From contig BFEA01000006.1 of assembly GCA_003427395.1 (NCBI GenBank), positions 1,668,737 to 1,732,736 of the forward strand: a stretch of DNA of 64,000 bases. Reading direction: 5' to 3'. Under the pieces are notes generated by a model. It had not been told where the DNA came from. It ran no database searches and was given only the letters and a program-made list of their open reading frames with translations. Both the position numbers and the translations under genes were made by a program. Positions 38,017 to 49,875 of this stretch are shown here, one piece after another (within the stretch, counting starts at the first letter, position 1; the number at the start of each line of letters is the position of its first letter). This DNA comes from Chara braunii. Its lineage: Eukaryota > Plantae > Charophyceae.

Positions 38017-41000
38017 TGCGAGGAATGAGCCCTCACTGGGCCCTTATCAGACATGCACATGTTCTTGGCAGAGAACCCCAGCAAGCCAAGTGCCTGCCCT
38101 GAGTGAAGACGGGCCTGAATATTGACAAGAGCCCGAAATTCGACATTTTTCATATGTGGGTACTCAGGCTGTTACAGCCCGCCAGTTGGTTGAGTGGACA
38201 CTCGAGCCTCCCTAAGTTGCGTCGTACAGTTTGGCCCAGGCCGTGGCAGTTGCGCCTGGGCATATACACAATGCAGGGCCGACACATCAGGAAGTGGCTA
38301 CAGGCCTACGCAAAAGCATCTCTGTCGAAGAACATCCCCCGGGTCCTGTGCAAATGCAGGAAACGGCCCAAGTCTGGAGACTCGGGCCGTGTCCAACCGT
38401 AAAAGGGCCGAGGCCCTCAACTGTAGCCCTGGGCCTGGGTGCAGGTACTGGGGCCAACGGGAAGCTACTGGAAGCTTCCATCCACGCCACACGCAGCCAA
38501 GCAAAGGCTGCCACTTCCATGTAGGAAGGAGGGAAGCCAGGGTCTGGCATTCTGGCCCACGCAGGCAATGCAGTCACGCTGCTGCGCTGCTCCGTTAGAG
38601 GCTGCGTGCTGTGCTGAGGCCAGACCGTGTGCGGGCGCGTGAGAGGTGAAGAGGGGTGCTGCTCGGCAGCAGAGCGAAAGCAGCCATAGCTGGGCTGCAG
38701 GGCGCTAGGGGGGAAGAGGGCGATCGGTGGTTTTCAGGAAGGAGGCGAGTGTGTGTGGACAGGGTCTGATGAGGGGAAGTTGGATACGTACCTGGTACAT
38801 GGAATGGGTCAGCTATGGTGTTGACCTCATGTAGGTTTGTCTTCGAGAGTCGAAGTGAGCCTGTTGCGAGAATGCTGATGTAGGTAGGATAGTCAGGTAG
38901 TGTAGGCTGGGTGCTGGGCGCCAGACAAATTGGAGCGACTTCGGATACTGTGTTGGTGTGCCCTGATGTCTTTGTGCATTTGTGCTCCCTGCTTGTACAT
39001 CTGTGTGATTTCGCAACTTGGAGGTGCTAGTATTCTTCATATTGCTGCTTTACATCAATATGGTTCCAATAATCCATTGGGCATAAACTCTTTTGTAGAT
39101 AAAATAGCTTTTTATCCCTATTTTTACGGTGCGCCGTCTCACAACCAATTTCGATGGGCTTTCTGTATATCGTTCCCACTCGTATTCCTTGCAATTTGGT
39201 ATTAGAGCTGGTTCGTGATCGCCGCTTACCTGGTGCTGGCAACATTCTTACTTGGTGCGCTAACGATGCTTCTGTGCAGTAAGGATACATTGGCGCTGGC
39301 TTGATAGAGTGGGGCCCAGGTAGAGTGGTCGGCCGCTGGAAGGTTGTGGCGAAGGCGTGGGAGTTGTGGCGAAAGCGGATGTATGTAAGATGATGAGAGC
39401 ATGCTGACGTGGCATTTTGGTTGAGGTGACACTGCATTGCGTTGTGGGTGGTACCGAGGCTATGACCGGTCATCGAAATGCAATTCGGCTCAATTGGTGA
39501 CAAATCTGTGGTTGGGGGCAGCTATCTTGAGGTACGTTGTTCCTAGACTATATCTACCCTCAAAATCTCTTCTTACCGCGAGGAAGTGAGTCCAAGCTTG
39601 AGTGTCCTCTCTTTTGTGTGAGGCGCCGTGAGCGCTCTACCTTGAAAGACGACATTCTTCCTGATTGCGCATGTGGCAGGAGAGGGCTGTGCCTTTGAAG
39701 GGCCCTGGTCGAAGCTTGGGGCACAGTCACCATGCCAACCCATGGGAGTAGTACACACAGGCCATGCATCTTTGTCCTTCGAAGGCTCTTTGCTGCGCTG
39801 ATAGAAGGGGTGTGAGGACTGACCAGTCCTAAGCAGACGCAAACCAGACCGTCTATAAATATTTCTGGTGGGTGTCTGATCTGTCCACTGGCTGTGATCG
39901 TCATCCTGATTGCGACGTAAAATAATTCCTGAGGACCATGGGGGCTGTCCTTAAACTGCCTCTTGATCAGCGAAATCAGTCAGACGTAAGGATCGTTGCA
40001 CACGAGCGTAAAGAATGGGCAGGCTGGTCATAAGCATACACCTTGGGCACAGGGGTGGGCCATTAATGTACACCTTGGACGCTGCCGCTTGATGATGCCT
40101 ACAGCCACGTTGGATACAGGGGAGGAAGATTCCAATTGAGACTCGACTGTCATACACAACCATACCCACTGAGCATACCTTTGCTACAAAGTTTATTTTT
40201 ATTTTTGATTAGTTGGTTGACAGACTGCTAAGACCTCAGAGACAGCCTAGACTAGAACTGTAGTGGTCTACCATAGCCAGTTCTCTTTGAAGCTGCTGTA
40301 AGAGAACTAACCAAAGTAAATTTAGATTATGTGTGCAATCCTTGTGAATGCTGTTGATACCGCTTGAACGGTCGTCTAGGTAACTCGTCGGATGTTTATT
40401 TGAATTTCATTTGTTTATTCAGCGTCTGCCTAGCTGGTGAGTGGATCAGAGGGTGGTGAGCGTACAGTTGACGACCGAAGGCTCACTAGGCAAGATTTGC
40501 TTAGGGTACCCGAAGTGTTCCAGGTTCTGTTACCGGGAGATGAGAGAAGGCTCAGGGTCGAAGCAAGGGCCCGTCATCTTGAGACCGTGAGGGAAGCTGC
40601 AGCAGCTGTAGAGAGAACGTTGGCAGCAGCAGCGGCTAGCGCGGTAGCAATGATTACATCTGCAGCTTCAACTACAACAACCTCGTCCGGTTTCTCGTTG
40701 GGAATGTCGGACACTACAGGACAATTTGTTTCCTGTATAACAGGTTTTGGGACCAGTCAAATGGCGGGATTGCAGTCCAGCTCGCCGCCTTCACGCACCA
40801 GGGAGCAGATGGAGCTCCAGCAAGTAGAGAGGATCCGCTTAACGTTAGAGGAGGAACTTAAGAAGGCCACCGAAAGAGAGAATGAGATTAGAAATAGAAG
40901 TCTCATACTAGAGTGTAGGGCGGCAGACAAAGCTGCTTTAGAGGGGTTAGATGACTGGACACTAGACTGGACACTAGACGATAACCTGAGGATCGTCAAG

Positions 41001-44000
41001 GCGAGCATCCTGGAGTCCAGCCAGGAGTTTTGCCATCGCTGCCATTCTTGGCGATGACAGGCCTATATCTGCCTCAATATGGTTCCACACCATGCGGTAC
41101 ATCAGCAGCAGCAACAAACACTACTCCTTCATCTTCTGGTCTAGCGGCTGGAGCTACACCACGGCCGCCACCTGTCCCACAATCAGGACAACAACAACCT
41201 TGCTACTTCAAAACCCCACTTAAACACCCCCAACCTTCTCAGGAGATAAGAAGGATGAGGCTCTTGACATTTGGGTGAGGACGATGCCAGTGTGGGGGTG
41301 AGGGCAAAGAGGACGATGGCAGAGGAGGAAGTGATGACTGCTGCATCCTATTTAGAGGNNNNNNNNNNNNNNNNNNNNNNNNNNNNNNNNNNNNNNNNNN
41401 NNNNNNNNNNNNNNNNNNNNNNNNNNNNNNNNNNNNNNNNNNNNNNNNNNNNNNNNNNNNNNNNNNNNNNNNNNNNNNNNNNNNNNNNNNNNNNNNNNNN
41501 NNNNNNNNNNNNNNNNNNNNNNNNNNNNNNNNNNNNNNNNNNNNNNNNNNNNNNNNNNNNNNNNNNNNNNNNNNNNNNGATGGCAGAGGAGGAAGTGATG
41601 ACTGCTGCATCCTATTTAGAGGGATCAGCAGCTCGGTGGCCAAATGGATTGGTAGGTTTAAAGGGATTCGGCAGGAATATGGGTGACTGGGATAAGACCC
41701 ATACCTTGGAGAGCTTTATGGATCTGGTTGAAGCGCGATGGCACAACCCCCAGCAGGCACAGATTGCCACTCATGGGTTGCTGAAACTTGATACTAGGAC
41801 CTACAAGTCTGTGCGCGAGCTCACCTCTGCTGCAGAGCGTTTGATTGTCGTCCCTGGGGTAGATTACAATCTGCAGGTCTTGTTGACCATGTTCTTAGGG
41901 TGTCTTCCAACAGACATCAAGAACCTGTTAGCCAGTGAGGCTTGACTAAAGTATCACACCTTTGAGACCTTTAGCAAGAAGGCCTTAGATTTGGAGGCTA
42001 CGCTAGGAGGTGCTCATGCCCCCTCTACAAATGGAAGAAAGAAAAAGAGTCCGCAGGAGTGAAAAAAGGAAGGGAGTTGCTTGATGATGGTCGAGGCCGA
42101 TGGTACTCAAACCGAGATTCTCAGATTTCTCATATATTGTGGACGGTTCAGAGATAGACGACGAGGATGATGCTAAGGGTAGCGACCTCGTTGCCAGAGT
42201 GAAAGGCAAGGCAGCTGGCCGCGGCAAGGGCGCAGGGCAGAGGAGTCAGGTGCAAACCCCTAACCCGCACAAGATAGCGGCATTGGTTCGAGAAGGTTTT
42301 GATCAGGATGTGTGGCGGGATCGTTACACCTGGGTGCTTGTGTTAACTTCCGCAAGTATGACCATCAGCAGTTCAGATGCAAGAACGCGAAGGTCTTGCA
42401 GAAGATACCACCTAAAGGGGGGATTCCTTCTTCCCAGAGTGGTGCCTCTACGAGTTCCGCTTTGGGAAACACATAGGGCTAGTAGAAGTTATAGCTGCTT
42501 CTACTCTCGTTGAAGCGTGTGATGAACCCTCCCCGTTTTCAGAGTTGGCCAAGGCTATCGACTCCTTAGTCATCCTGCAAACGGATCCTGACCCAACGAT
42601 ACTCTGCTTGTTGGATGTGTCTGAGGCCTTAGAGGACCTACAAGTGAGCGGTTGGCAAGGGACCCTCGTGAGTCCTGGGTGGCACTAAGTAGAGGTCCTA
42701 GAGCGGAACACTTCGTTGTGGAAGTTGGTGTGGGGGACCGCAAATGCGGGGCCTTTGTAGACGTCAACTCCACTCGAAACTTTATAAGTTGCAACGGGGT
42801 TGAAAGGGTGCGCCTACAGGACTTGGACTGGCCAACAAAGAGCGCATGTAGGTAGAGGACTACGTTAAAGACATCGTCTGCGCTTTCTTAGACATCATCC
42901 TTGGGAGCAAGATACCAAAAGGGAGAATCTATAGGATGGCTCCGATCGAGTTGCACGACCTTCGTCGGCAACTAAAACAGCTCACAGAAAAGGGTTGGAT
43001 ACGGCCTAACATCTCCCCTTTGGGCTCACCAGTCCTATTTGTACCAAAGAAGAGGGGATCACTAAGGATGTGCATTGATTATAGGGGCCTCAATGCCATC
43101 ATTGTTAAGAACGCAAAGCCCCTACCGAGCATCGATGACCTATTGGATAGGGTGCAGGGATGTAAGTATTTCACGAAGATAAATTTAAAATCCAGCTACC
43201 ATCAAATTGCCAGTAGATTGGAAGATCAGCACAAAAGCGCATTTTAGACCAGGCATGGTCTGTACGAGTTTGTGGTGATGACCTTCGACCTTCGCAATGC
43301 GCCGGGTACATTCCAGCACGCCATGAATAGGATCTTCCATGACTACTTGGATAAGTTTATCGTCGTGTACCTCGACGACATTCTTATCTTCAATAGAAAT
43401 GCGAGTTAGGTTGCACTAGCATGTTGTACTTGGGTCATGAAGTATCCGCGGAAGGGATTAGGCCTGAAGATGCAAAGGTGGCGATCATTAGGGACTGGCC
43501 ATGACCCCAATCTATGACTGAGGTCAGATCTCTCTTTGGGATGTGTGGTTATTATTGCAATTTTGTACAATTTTATAGTACGATCGCATCACCCTTGACA
43601 CTCCATGGGAATCGACAGACGCATGTGAGGATTGATCTAACTCGCCTTGACACTCCATGGGAATCGACAGACGCATGTGAGGCTGCTTTCAAGAGATTGA
43701 AGCATGCCATTTGTAGTGACCTTTGATGACGCAAACCAGTACAACATTGGTGCAGTGTTGGCTCAACAGGAAGGGAAGAAGTTAAGGCCGATCGAGTACA
43801 TGAGCAAGAAGATGTCGTCAAAGAAGGTGGCGAAGTCCTCCTATGAACGGACACTTTACGCCCTCTACAAGGTACTTGTCCATTGGAGGCATTACCTGTT
43901 GCCTCTATTTGAGAAGTGACCATCAGACACTCAAGTTGATCAAGACACAACCTGTCCTCTCTGGCGCGGTCAAACGCTGGATTGAATTCATAGATTAGTA

Positions 44001-46655
44001 TGACTTCAAGCTAGATTATGTGAAAGAAGAGCACGACAAGGTTGGTGATGCGTTGTCATGTAGGGCAGTGTACTTGGGTGCGTTGATTACTGAGTTTGGC
44101 TTATCTGACAATGTCACTCGATCCTTGGTGGAAGCCTACAAGGAAGATCCTGTCATGACGGACATCATTCGCAAACTCGAGGCTCGGGAGAAGGCCTCAT
44201 CTGATGAGTTTGTGATGGTGGATGGGTTGCTCTTTCGTAAAAAGGAAGGGTTCAAGAGGTTAGTTGTCCCATTTAGAGAGATTTTGCGTAGTTGATTTTT
44301 AGGCGAGTGCCATGATGCAACGGGACATTTTGACGACAAGAAGACTTTTGCTAACTTAGTACAACGATTCTGGTGGCCTACCATGCTTGACGATGGAAAA
44401 AAATATATGCAGACTTGCCAAGTTTGTCAGCGGGACAAGCCGAGGACTCTAGCACCACTTGGGTTATTGAAGCCTCTACCCATTCTTGCTGGTTCGAGAC
44501 AGTGTTTCCATGGATTTCATGGATACCTTCGTGATCAGCAAGAATTGCAAAAGGCATATCTTCATAATAGTGGATAGGTTCACTAAGTATGCTAGACTAA
44601 TTGCCATGTCGTTGACGTGCCAGGAATGAGCACATCGTCAAGTTATTCATGGATAACTGGGTGCATGATTTTGGACTGCCCAAGACCATTGTTAGTGATA
44701 GAGATGTTCAGTTTACCAGTGAGATGTGGAAGAAGGCCGCTGAACAGATGGGCAGCCAGCTTCAGATGACTTCTGGGAATCATCCCGAAGCCAATGCGTA
44801 GGTGGAACATGTGAACCATGTGGTGCAGCATCTGCTGAGACATTATATGAAGCCTAGCCAGGATGACTGGGATGAGAAGTTACCCCTCATCCCTAGTCTG
44901 TACGACAATGCTGTACATAGCGCCATCACTGTCAGTCCTAACCAGCTACATTCGGGGTGGAAGCCTAGAATTGCTCTAGACTTCCTCCTGCCTGAAAACC
45001 GAACTGCTGCAACTCTTGGAACCATCGAGTTTGGTGACCAGTATGAGAAATTGTTGTAGCAGACTATCGAACATATCAGGAAATCTCAAGAAGCCATGAT
45101 TGCTTCTGACAACAAGCATCGCCGACAGTCCACATTTTAGGTAGTGGAACGTGTTTGGGTCAAGGCTAGTGAGTTGGGACAGGAGTTCGGCATCTCTAGA
45201 AAATTAATGCCTCAGTATTTCGGTCCCTGGGAAGTCTTAGACATTGTGGGTAGTTTGGATGGTCCCTCGTACGTAATTCGTATCCGTGGTCACCTACGCA
45301 TTTACCCTTTGTTTCACGCCTCAAAGCTTGCACCTTTCGCTGAGACAACAATTTCCATCAAGGAGATCAATGCTGCCCCCAACCATGGATGGTCGTGCGG
45401 ACGTCGACAATATCCTGGAGCACAGAGACATGCCTGTTCCCAAGCCAGCTGGCAGGGCCAGACGGCCTAAACCTGTGAGAGAATACAAAGTACAGCTCAG
45501 GCATCATACGGATCCTAAGGAAGATCGGTGGTTCACAAGGGAGGAACTTGTCAAGACAGCTCCTCAGATTGTGGCAAAGTATGAAAGGAAATTGAAGGGG
45601 AAGGCACCAGCATGAAGCATCTGAGCGGATTTTCGAAGCTAAGGGAGATGGGATGCGAGGAATGAGCCCTTGCAGGGCCCTTACCAGACATGCACATGTT
45701 CTGGGCAGAGGCCCCCAGCAAGCCAAGTGCCGCTCTAAGTGAAGGCGGGCCTAAGTGAAGGCGGGCCGAAATTTGACCTTTTTCATATGTGGGTACTCAG
45801 GCTGTTACAGCCCGTCAGTTGGTTGAGTGGACACGCGAGCCTCCCTAAGTTGCGTCGTACAGTTTGGTCCAGGCCGTGGCAGTTGCGCCTGGGCACATAC
45901 ACAATGCAGGGCCGACACATCAGGAAGTGTCTACAGGCCTACGCAAAAGCAGCTCTGTCGAAGAACATCCTCTGGGTCCTGTGCAAATGCAGGAAACGGC
46001 CCAAGTCTGGAGACTCAGGCCGTGTCCATCTGTAAAGGGGCCCAGGCCCTCAACTGTAGCACTGGGCCTGGGTGCAGGTACTGGTGCCCAACGGGAAGCT
46101 ACTGGAAGCTTCCATCCAGGCCACACGCAGCCAAGCAAAGGCTGCCACTTCCATGTAGGAAGGAGGGCAGCCAGGGTCTGGCATTCTGGCCAACGCGGGC
46201 AGTGCGGTCTTGCTACCGCGCTGCTCCGTTAGAGGCTGAGTGCTGTGCTGAGGCTAGAGCGCGTGCGGGCGCCTGAGAGGTGAAGAGGGGTGCTGCTGGG
46301 CAGCGGAGCTCAAGCAGCCATAGCCGGGCTGCAGGGCGCTAGGGTGTAAGACGGCGATCGGTGGTCTTCAGAAAGGAGGCGAGTGTGGGTGGAAAGGGTC
46401 TGATGAGGGGAAGTGAGATATGTACTGGGTCAGCTATGGTGTTGAGGTCATGTATGTTGGTTTTCGAGAGTTGAAGTGAGCCTGTTGAGAGAATGCTGAT
46501 GTAGGTAGGATAGTCAGGTAGTGTCGGCTGGGTGCAGTGCGCCAGACAGAGGATCTCGGTGCATTTGTGCTCTCTGCTTGTACACGACTACTTGGACATC
46601 TTTGTGATTTCGCAACTTGGTTTTCTGTATATCGTTCCCACTCATATTCCTTGCA
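38017..46655 (+). mobile_element. Near full-length degenerate chromovirus-type Ty3/Gypsy retrotransposon
   Basis: LTRs 38017-39193 and 45654-46655 (TGCGAGGAAT..ATTCCTTGCA), PBS TGGTATTAGAGC 39197-39208, PPT 45641-45653. Gag ~40440-42400, protease FVDVNS ~42750, RT YLDD 43368-43379, RNase H ~43710-44080, integrase ~44300-45330, chromodomain ~45380-45612. Many stops and frameshifts; no matching TSD. Confidence 0.92.
39022..39158 (+). pseudogene. cob: Mitochondrial insertion (NUMT): cob exon fragment plus the 5' end of a group II intron
   Basis: [35 protein letters not shown] is cytochrome b. It continues TAC G|GTGCG, the group II 5' consensus, at 39129. Absent from the homologous site in the 3' LTR (~46620). 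Confidence 0.9.
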
Positions 46656-47127
46656 TTGCCCATTCGCAAGAAGTGTGGAAGTGCTGCTTGAGCGCTTGTG
46701 TTTATCTGCGTGAGGCAAGCTCGGGAGCCCTCGCTGGCAGCGCTAGGTTGGGGAAGGAGGGCGGCCACAGCTGCATAGCCTGTAGGGAGGGAGGAAGTCA
46801 AGGTCGTCAAGTAGAGAGAGAGAGGGGAGAGAGAGGTAAAGACGGAAAGAGAGAGCGCACGCATGAAGAGGACAGAGAGAGAGATGTGAGGCATAGAGAA
46901 GGGAGAGAGAGTCACCTACCTTGTACGAGGATGCCAGATATGGACTGCTGAGCTCTGTGCTGTTGAGCGCTTGGTGACTGGAACTCCAAAACTGTTTAAT
47001 ATGATAATTCATCGCATTTTCTAAGCTGCGCTGTTTTGGACTTTGCATCTGTGGTCTCCAGTGTGGATTTCGTGAGATCTCTCAAAGTGTGTGTGCGCAA
47101 GGTGACGAAGAGTGAGATTCAATTCCA
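46656..47127 (+). mobile_element. 3' half of another Gypsy LTR
   Basis: 47015-47127 matches the reverse complement of the LTR end at 18144-18260. Confidence 0.55.
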
Positions 47128-47232
47128 AAGTCAGGCACCATTTGTATGTGTCCCCAAATGTCGTTCTTATTCAAGGAGCTATATTGATGAGATGGTACTA
47201 ACTGGATTGTATATTATATGACTGAATTGCAG

Positions 47233-47384
47233 GATGATGTGCCATCAAAGGAGACTGTGGATTCAGCACGGTCGACTGCAGCCACAAAAGATTTTATTCT
47301 AGATGCCATGTCTGACCGGAGGCAGCAAATGAGGAAGAGCCTGACCCGAAATGACATCTGTTTGCAAGGAATTAAGGTTTTCAG
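47233..47384 (+). CDS. Exon of the TPX2/MAP20-like gene (DDVPSKETVDSARS...GIKVFR)
   Basis: Acceptor TTGCAG and an open frame. It needs a phase-2 donor: either GC at 47385 or GT at 47427. Confidence 0.65.
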
Positions 47385-47596
47385 GCGACTCTCAAGAGCA
47401 AAGACTAGGCTGCCCCTTTGCAAGCAGTATCCTCACATGAACCACCTGTCCTCTTTTGGTATAACAATCTTAGGTGTGCGATTCCTATGTGGTCCTTGTT
47501 TCCTGGTTAGTGATAAATGAAGGCTACTGTGATGATGTCAAGTTCTGATTCTACGAAATGTTTGATCCTTAACAGACTTTCCAAATAAAAAAACAG

Positions 47597-47678
47597 AGCT
47601 AAACTGACAACAACTCCACGGAAGATTGTGCTCTACTCTGAGTTGAGAGCTATTCAGAGGATGATTTTTGACCAGAAG
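47597..47678 (+). CDS. TPX2-domain exon (AKLTTTPRKIVLYSELRAIQRMIFDQK)
   Basis: AAACAG acceptor and AAG|GTGATT donor. Matches the TPX2_C motif LHT..RA.KRA.F. Confidence 0.85.
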
Positions 47679-48634
47679 GTGATTATCTCTCTCATTGTTT
47701 GGTGAACAGGTGATCTTGATGTCAAACATTGAGAACAACGTGGTCACGGCGTGCGCATTCACAGCACACCAGCAGGTTTCAAAGATGTACAAAAAAAAAA
47801 AGGATATGTGTGATGTAAAATGCCATTCTGGGGCCACCGAGCCATTTTTGTCTGGGGCCACCGGGCCGTTTTTGTCTGGGCCGGCCCGACCATTTGGGTT
47901 GGGGCGGCCTGGCCTTTGAAGAATGCTGTATAGGTGATATTTACGATGTTGATTTTGCATCCGAAAGGTAGTGGTGGCTTGAAAATCAAATTTTGTTAAA
48001 ACTTAAAAAACGTTTCTTTTGTTGTTTTTATATCATTTCCTCTTTTGGTGCTTCATTCCAAATTTTGGCATACTGCACGGCGGACCAGAAGTGTGGCAAT
48101 TCGAGGAGTGTATGGAAGAATGGTTATGGAATTCTGAGGAGTAGGGATGGCTGCTTTGATGCTAGGGAGAGGGGGTCGCCGCAGGGGTTATCGAGGGTGA
48201 ATGACAGGGAGGGATTGGGATTGCAATCATAGGGAAATTGACCACGAATCACAAGGGGGGGCGAATGTTTCATGCAGATGATGTGGAAGCGGGTATACAG
48301 CCGCATGATGGAGAGGGATAGGGTGGTGGAAGGCAGAAGGGGTAATTGCATGAACGTGGTAATCTCACGCAGGAACCTGAGTGGAGTTGTGATGATGACA
48401 GGGGGTTATGGAGTGCATAGGAGAGTGCAGGAAGCCAGATGAAGAGACATTTATCACTGAAGTAGGAGTGATTCAAATACTTGTTTGGGTGCTTGCTCTG
48501 GGACTGCGTCCTCTAACCACTTCCTGTTATCATTGATTTGAGACATTAGGGAATGCGTGCCAAATTGTAATCATAGCTTCAAGACGTCAAGAATTGTGTG
48601 CCAACCATTCATTGCAACTATTATGCCCATGCAG

Positions 48635-48694
48635 GTCGCAGAAAAACAGAGAATGTTGGAGATGGAAAGACGGGAGCAAGAGAGGTTAAGGAAG
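48635..48694 (+). CDS. TPX2-domain exon (VAEKQRMLEMERREQERLRK)
   Basis: GCAG acceptor, AAG|GTGAG donor, 60 nt in phase 0. Coiled-coil segment of the domain. Confidence 0.88.
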
Positions 48695-48935
48695 GTGAGA
48701 GGACAGTTTGCTTCTGGTTTTGGACTGAGAGTTTGGCTGGATCTTTATTTAAAAAACTGTGTTTTCATCTGAAGGCTCTTCCTATTCCAATCCATGCAAA
48801 TCGTGGTCAGGAGATGGTAGGACTGTGTTGTTGTGCCTGGTGTTTGTTCCAATGACCTGTCAAAGATGAGCAGAATTGATGTTGTTTCATCATTTTAGAA
48901 GAGATGAAAGGACATAACACAAGCAATTCATCCAT

Positions 48936-49875
48936 TGCAAGGAAGATGAGCAATAGCAAACTTCAGCAATCAAACAGCATCATACACATAAGACCAGATA
49001 GTCGTGACCTCGAACCAAAAACAGAATTGCATCACGAGTTTCACCAAATAAGAGTACACCAGAAGCTCATAATTGACAATGCTGGAATAGTCTCATCATC
49101 ATCATCAGCGAAGAACCAATGTTGATATCCTATCTGGCGCTCGGCGCCCAGACTACAGATGGCAGATCCTATCTAGCCTAGACGACAATGCCGAAGATGA
49201 CGACAACAGCTCTCCCGAAGTACGAGCAGATAGCGGCCAATGCCGCACGCTTCCAGCACCTGGTATGTCTCTCGCATCACTCACAACCTCGTTCCCCAAC
49301 ACACAAATGCCACATGCACCCAAGGACCACCAAGTGCCACACCCAGCCTACAGCACCGCAGCTTGGCTATGGCTGCGTGCTCCTTTCAGCTCGCCCGTGA
49401 GCGCGTGAGTGCCAGCCAGCTTCAGCACAGCAGCGCTTGCGCAGCATGCAACCAGCACCCGAATGTCCAATGCGGAGGCAGGCCCTTTGCTATATGGAAA
49501 TGGCCTGCCTGCCTTCTGTCCCAGGCTGTGCTGGGCCTTTCCCAAGAAGCTTCTGGTATGCCCCGGTGGACTGAGGCCCAGACCAAACGAATTGGCCCAG
49601 GGCTGCTGACAGTAACCTGTGCCCAACTGCCTGCAACCTGAGTTGGGCCTATGCTGCGAATCTTGCCCAGGGCCTGACTCGGATGCATTTGATAAAGGAA
49701 GCTAGTGCCTGGGCGCTTCCAACCAACTGGCGCAGCGCAACTGCCTGAATTTTCCCCAGTTGCGAAGTAGTCCAAAATTGGCCTCTGAGGGTCTGTCGGG
49801 CCTGCCTTCGCCTAGGGCAGCCGATGCTGTTGTGAATAGGGCCCAGTGGGGCTTATCGAGGCCTTGTGCCTTGCA
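48936..49875 (-). mobile_element. Solo LTR (same family as 350-1287)
   Basis: TGCAAGG...CCTTGCA termini; flanks CCAT/CAAT match at 3 of 4 positions. Confidence 0.85.

Noticed and set aside
38766-38790. CTGATGAG in the LTRs (also ~46400, 11103 and 44201) as extra hammerheads
   Set aside because: No stem II plus GAAA and no pairable stems I/III.
47710-47775. Possible extra exon (AACAG|GTGATC...CAG|GTTTC)
   Set aside because: The TPX2 domain reads continuously from 47678 to 48635 without it, and its peptide has no family resemblance.
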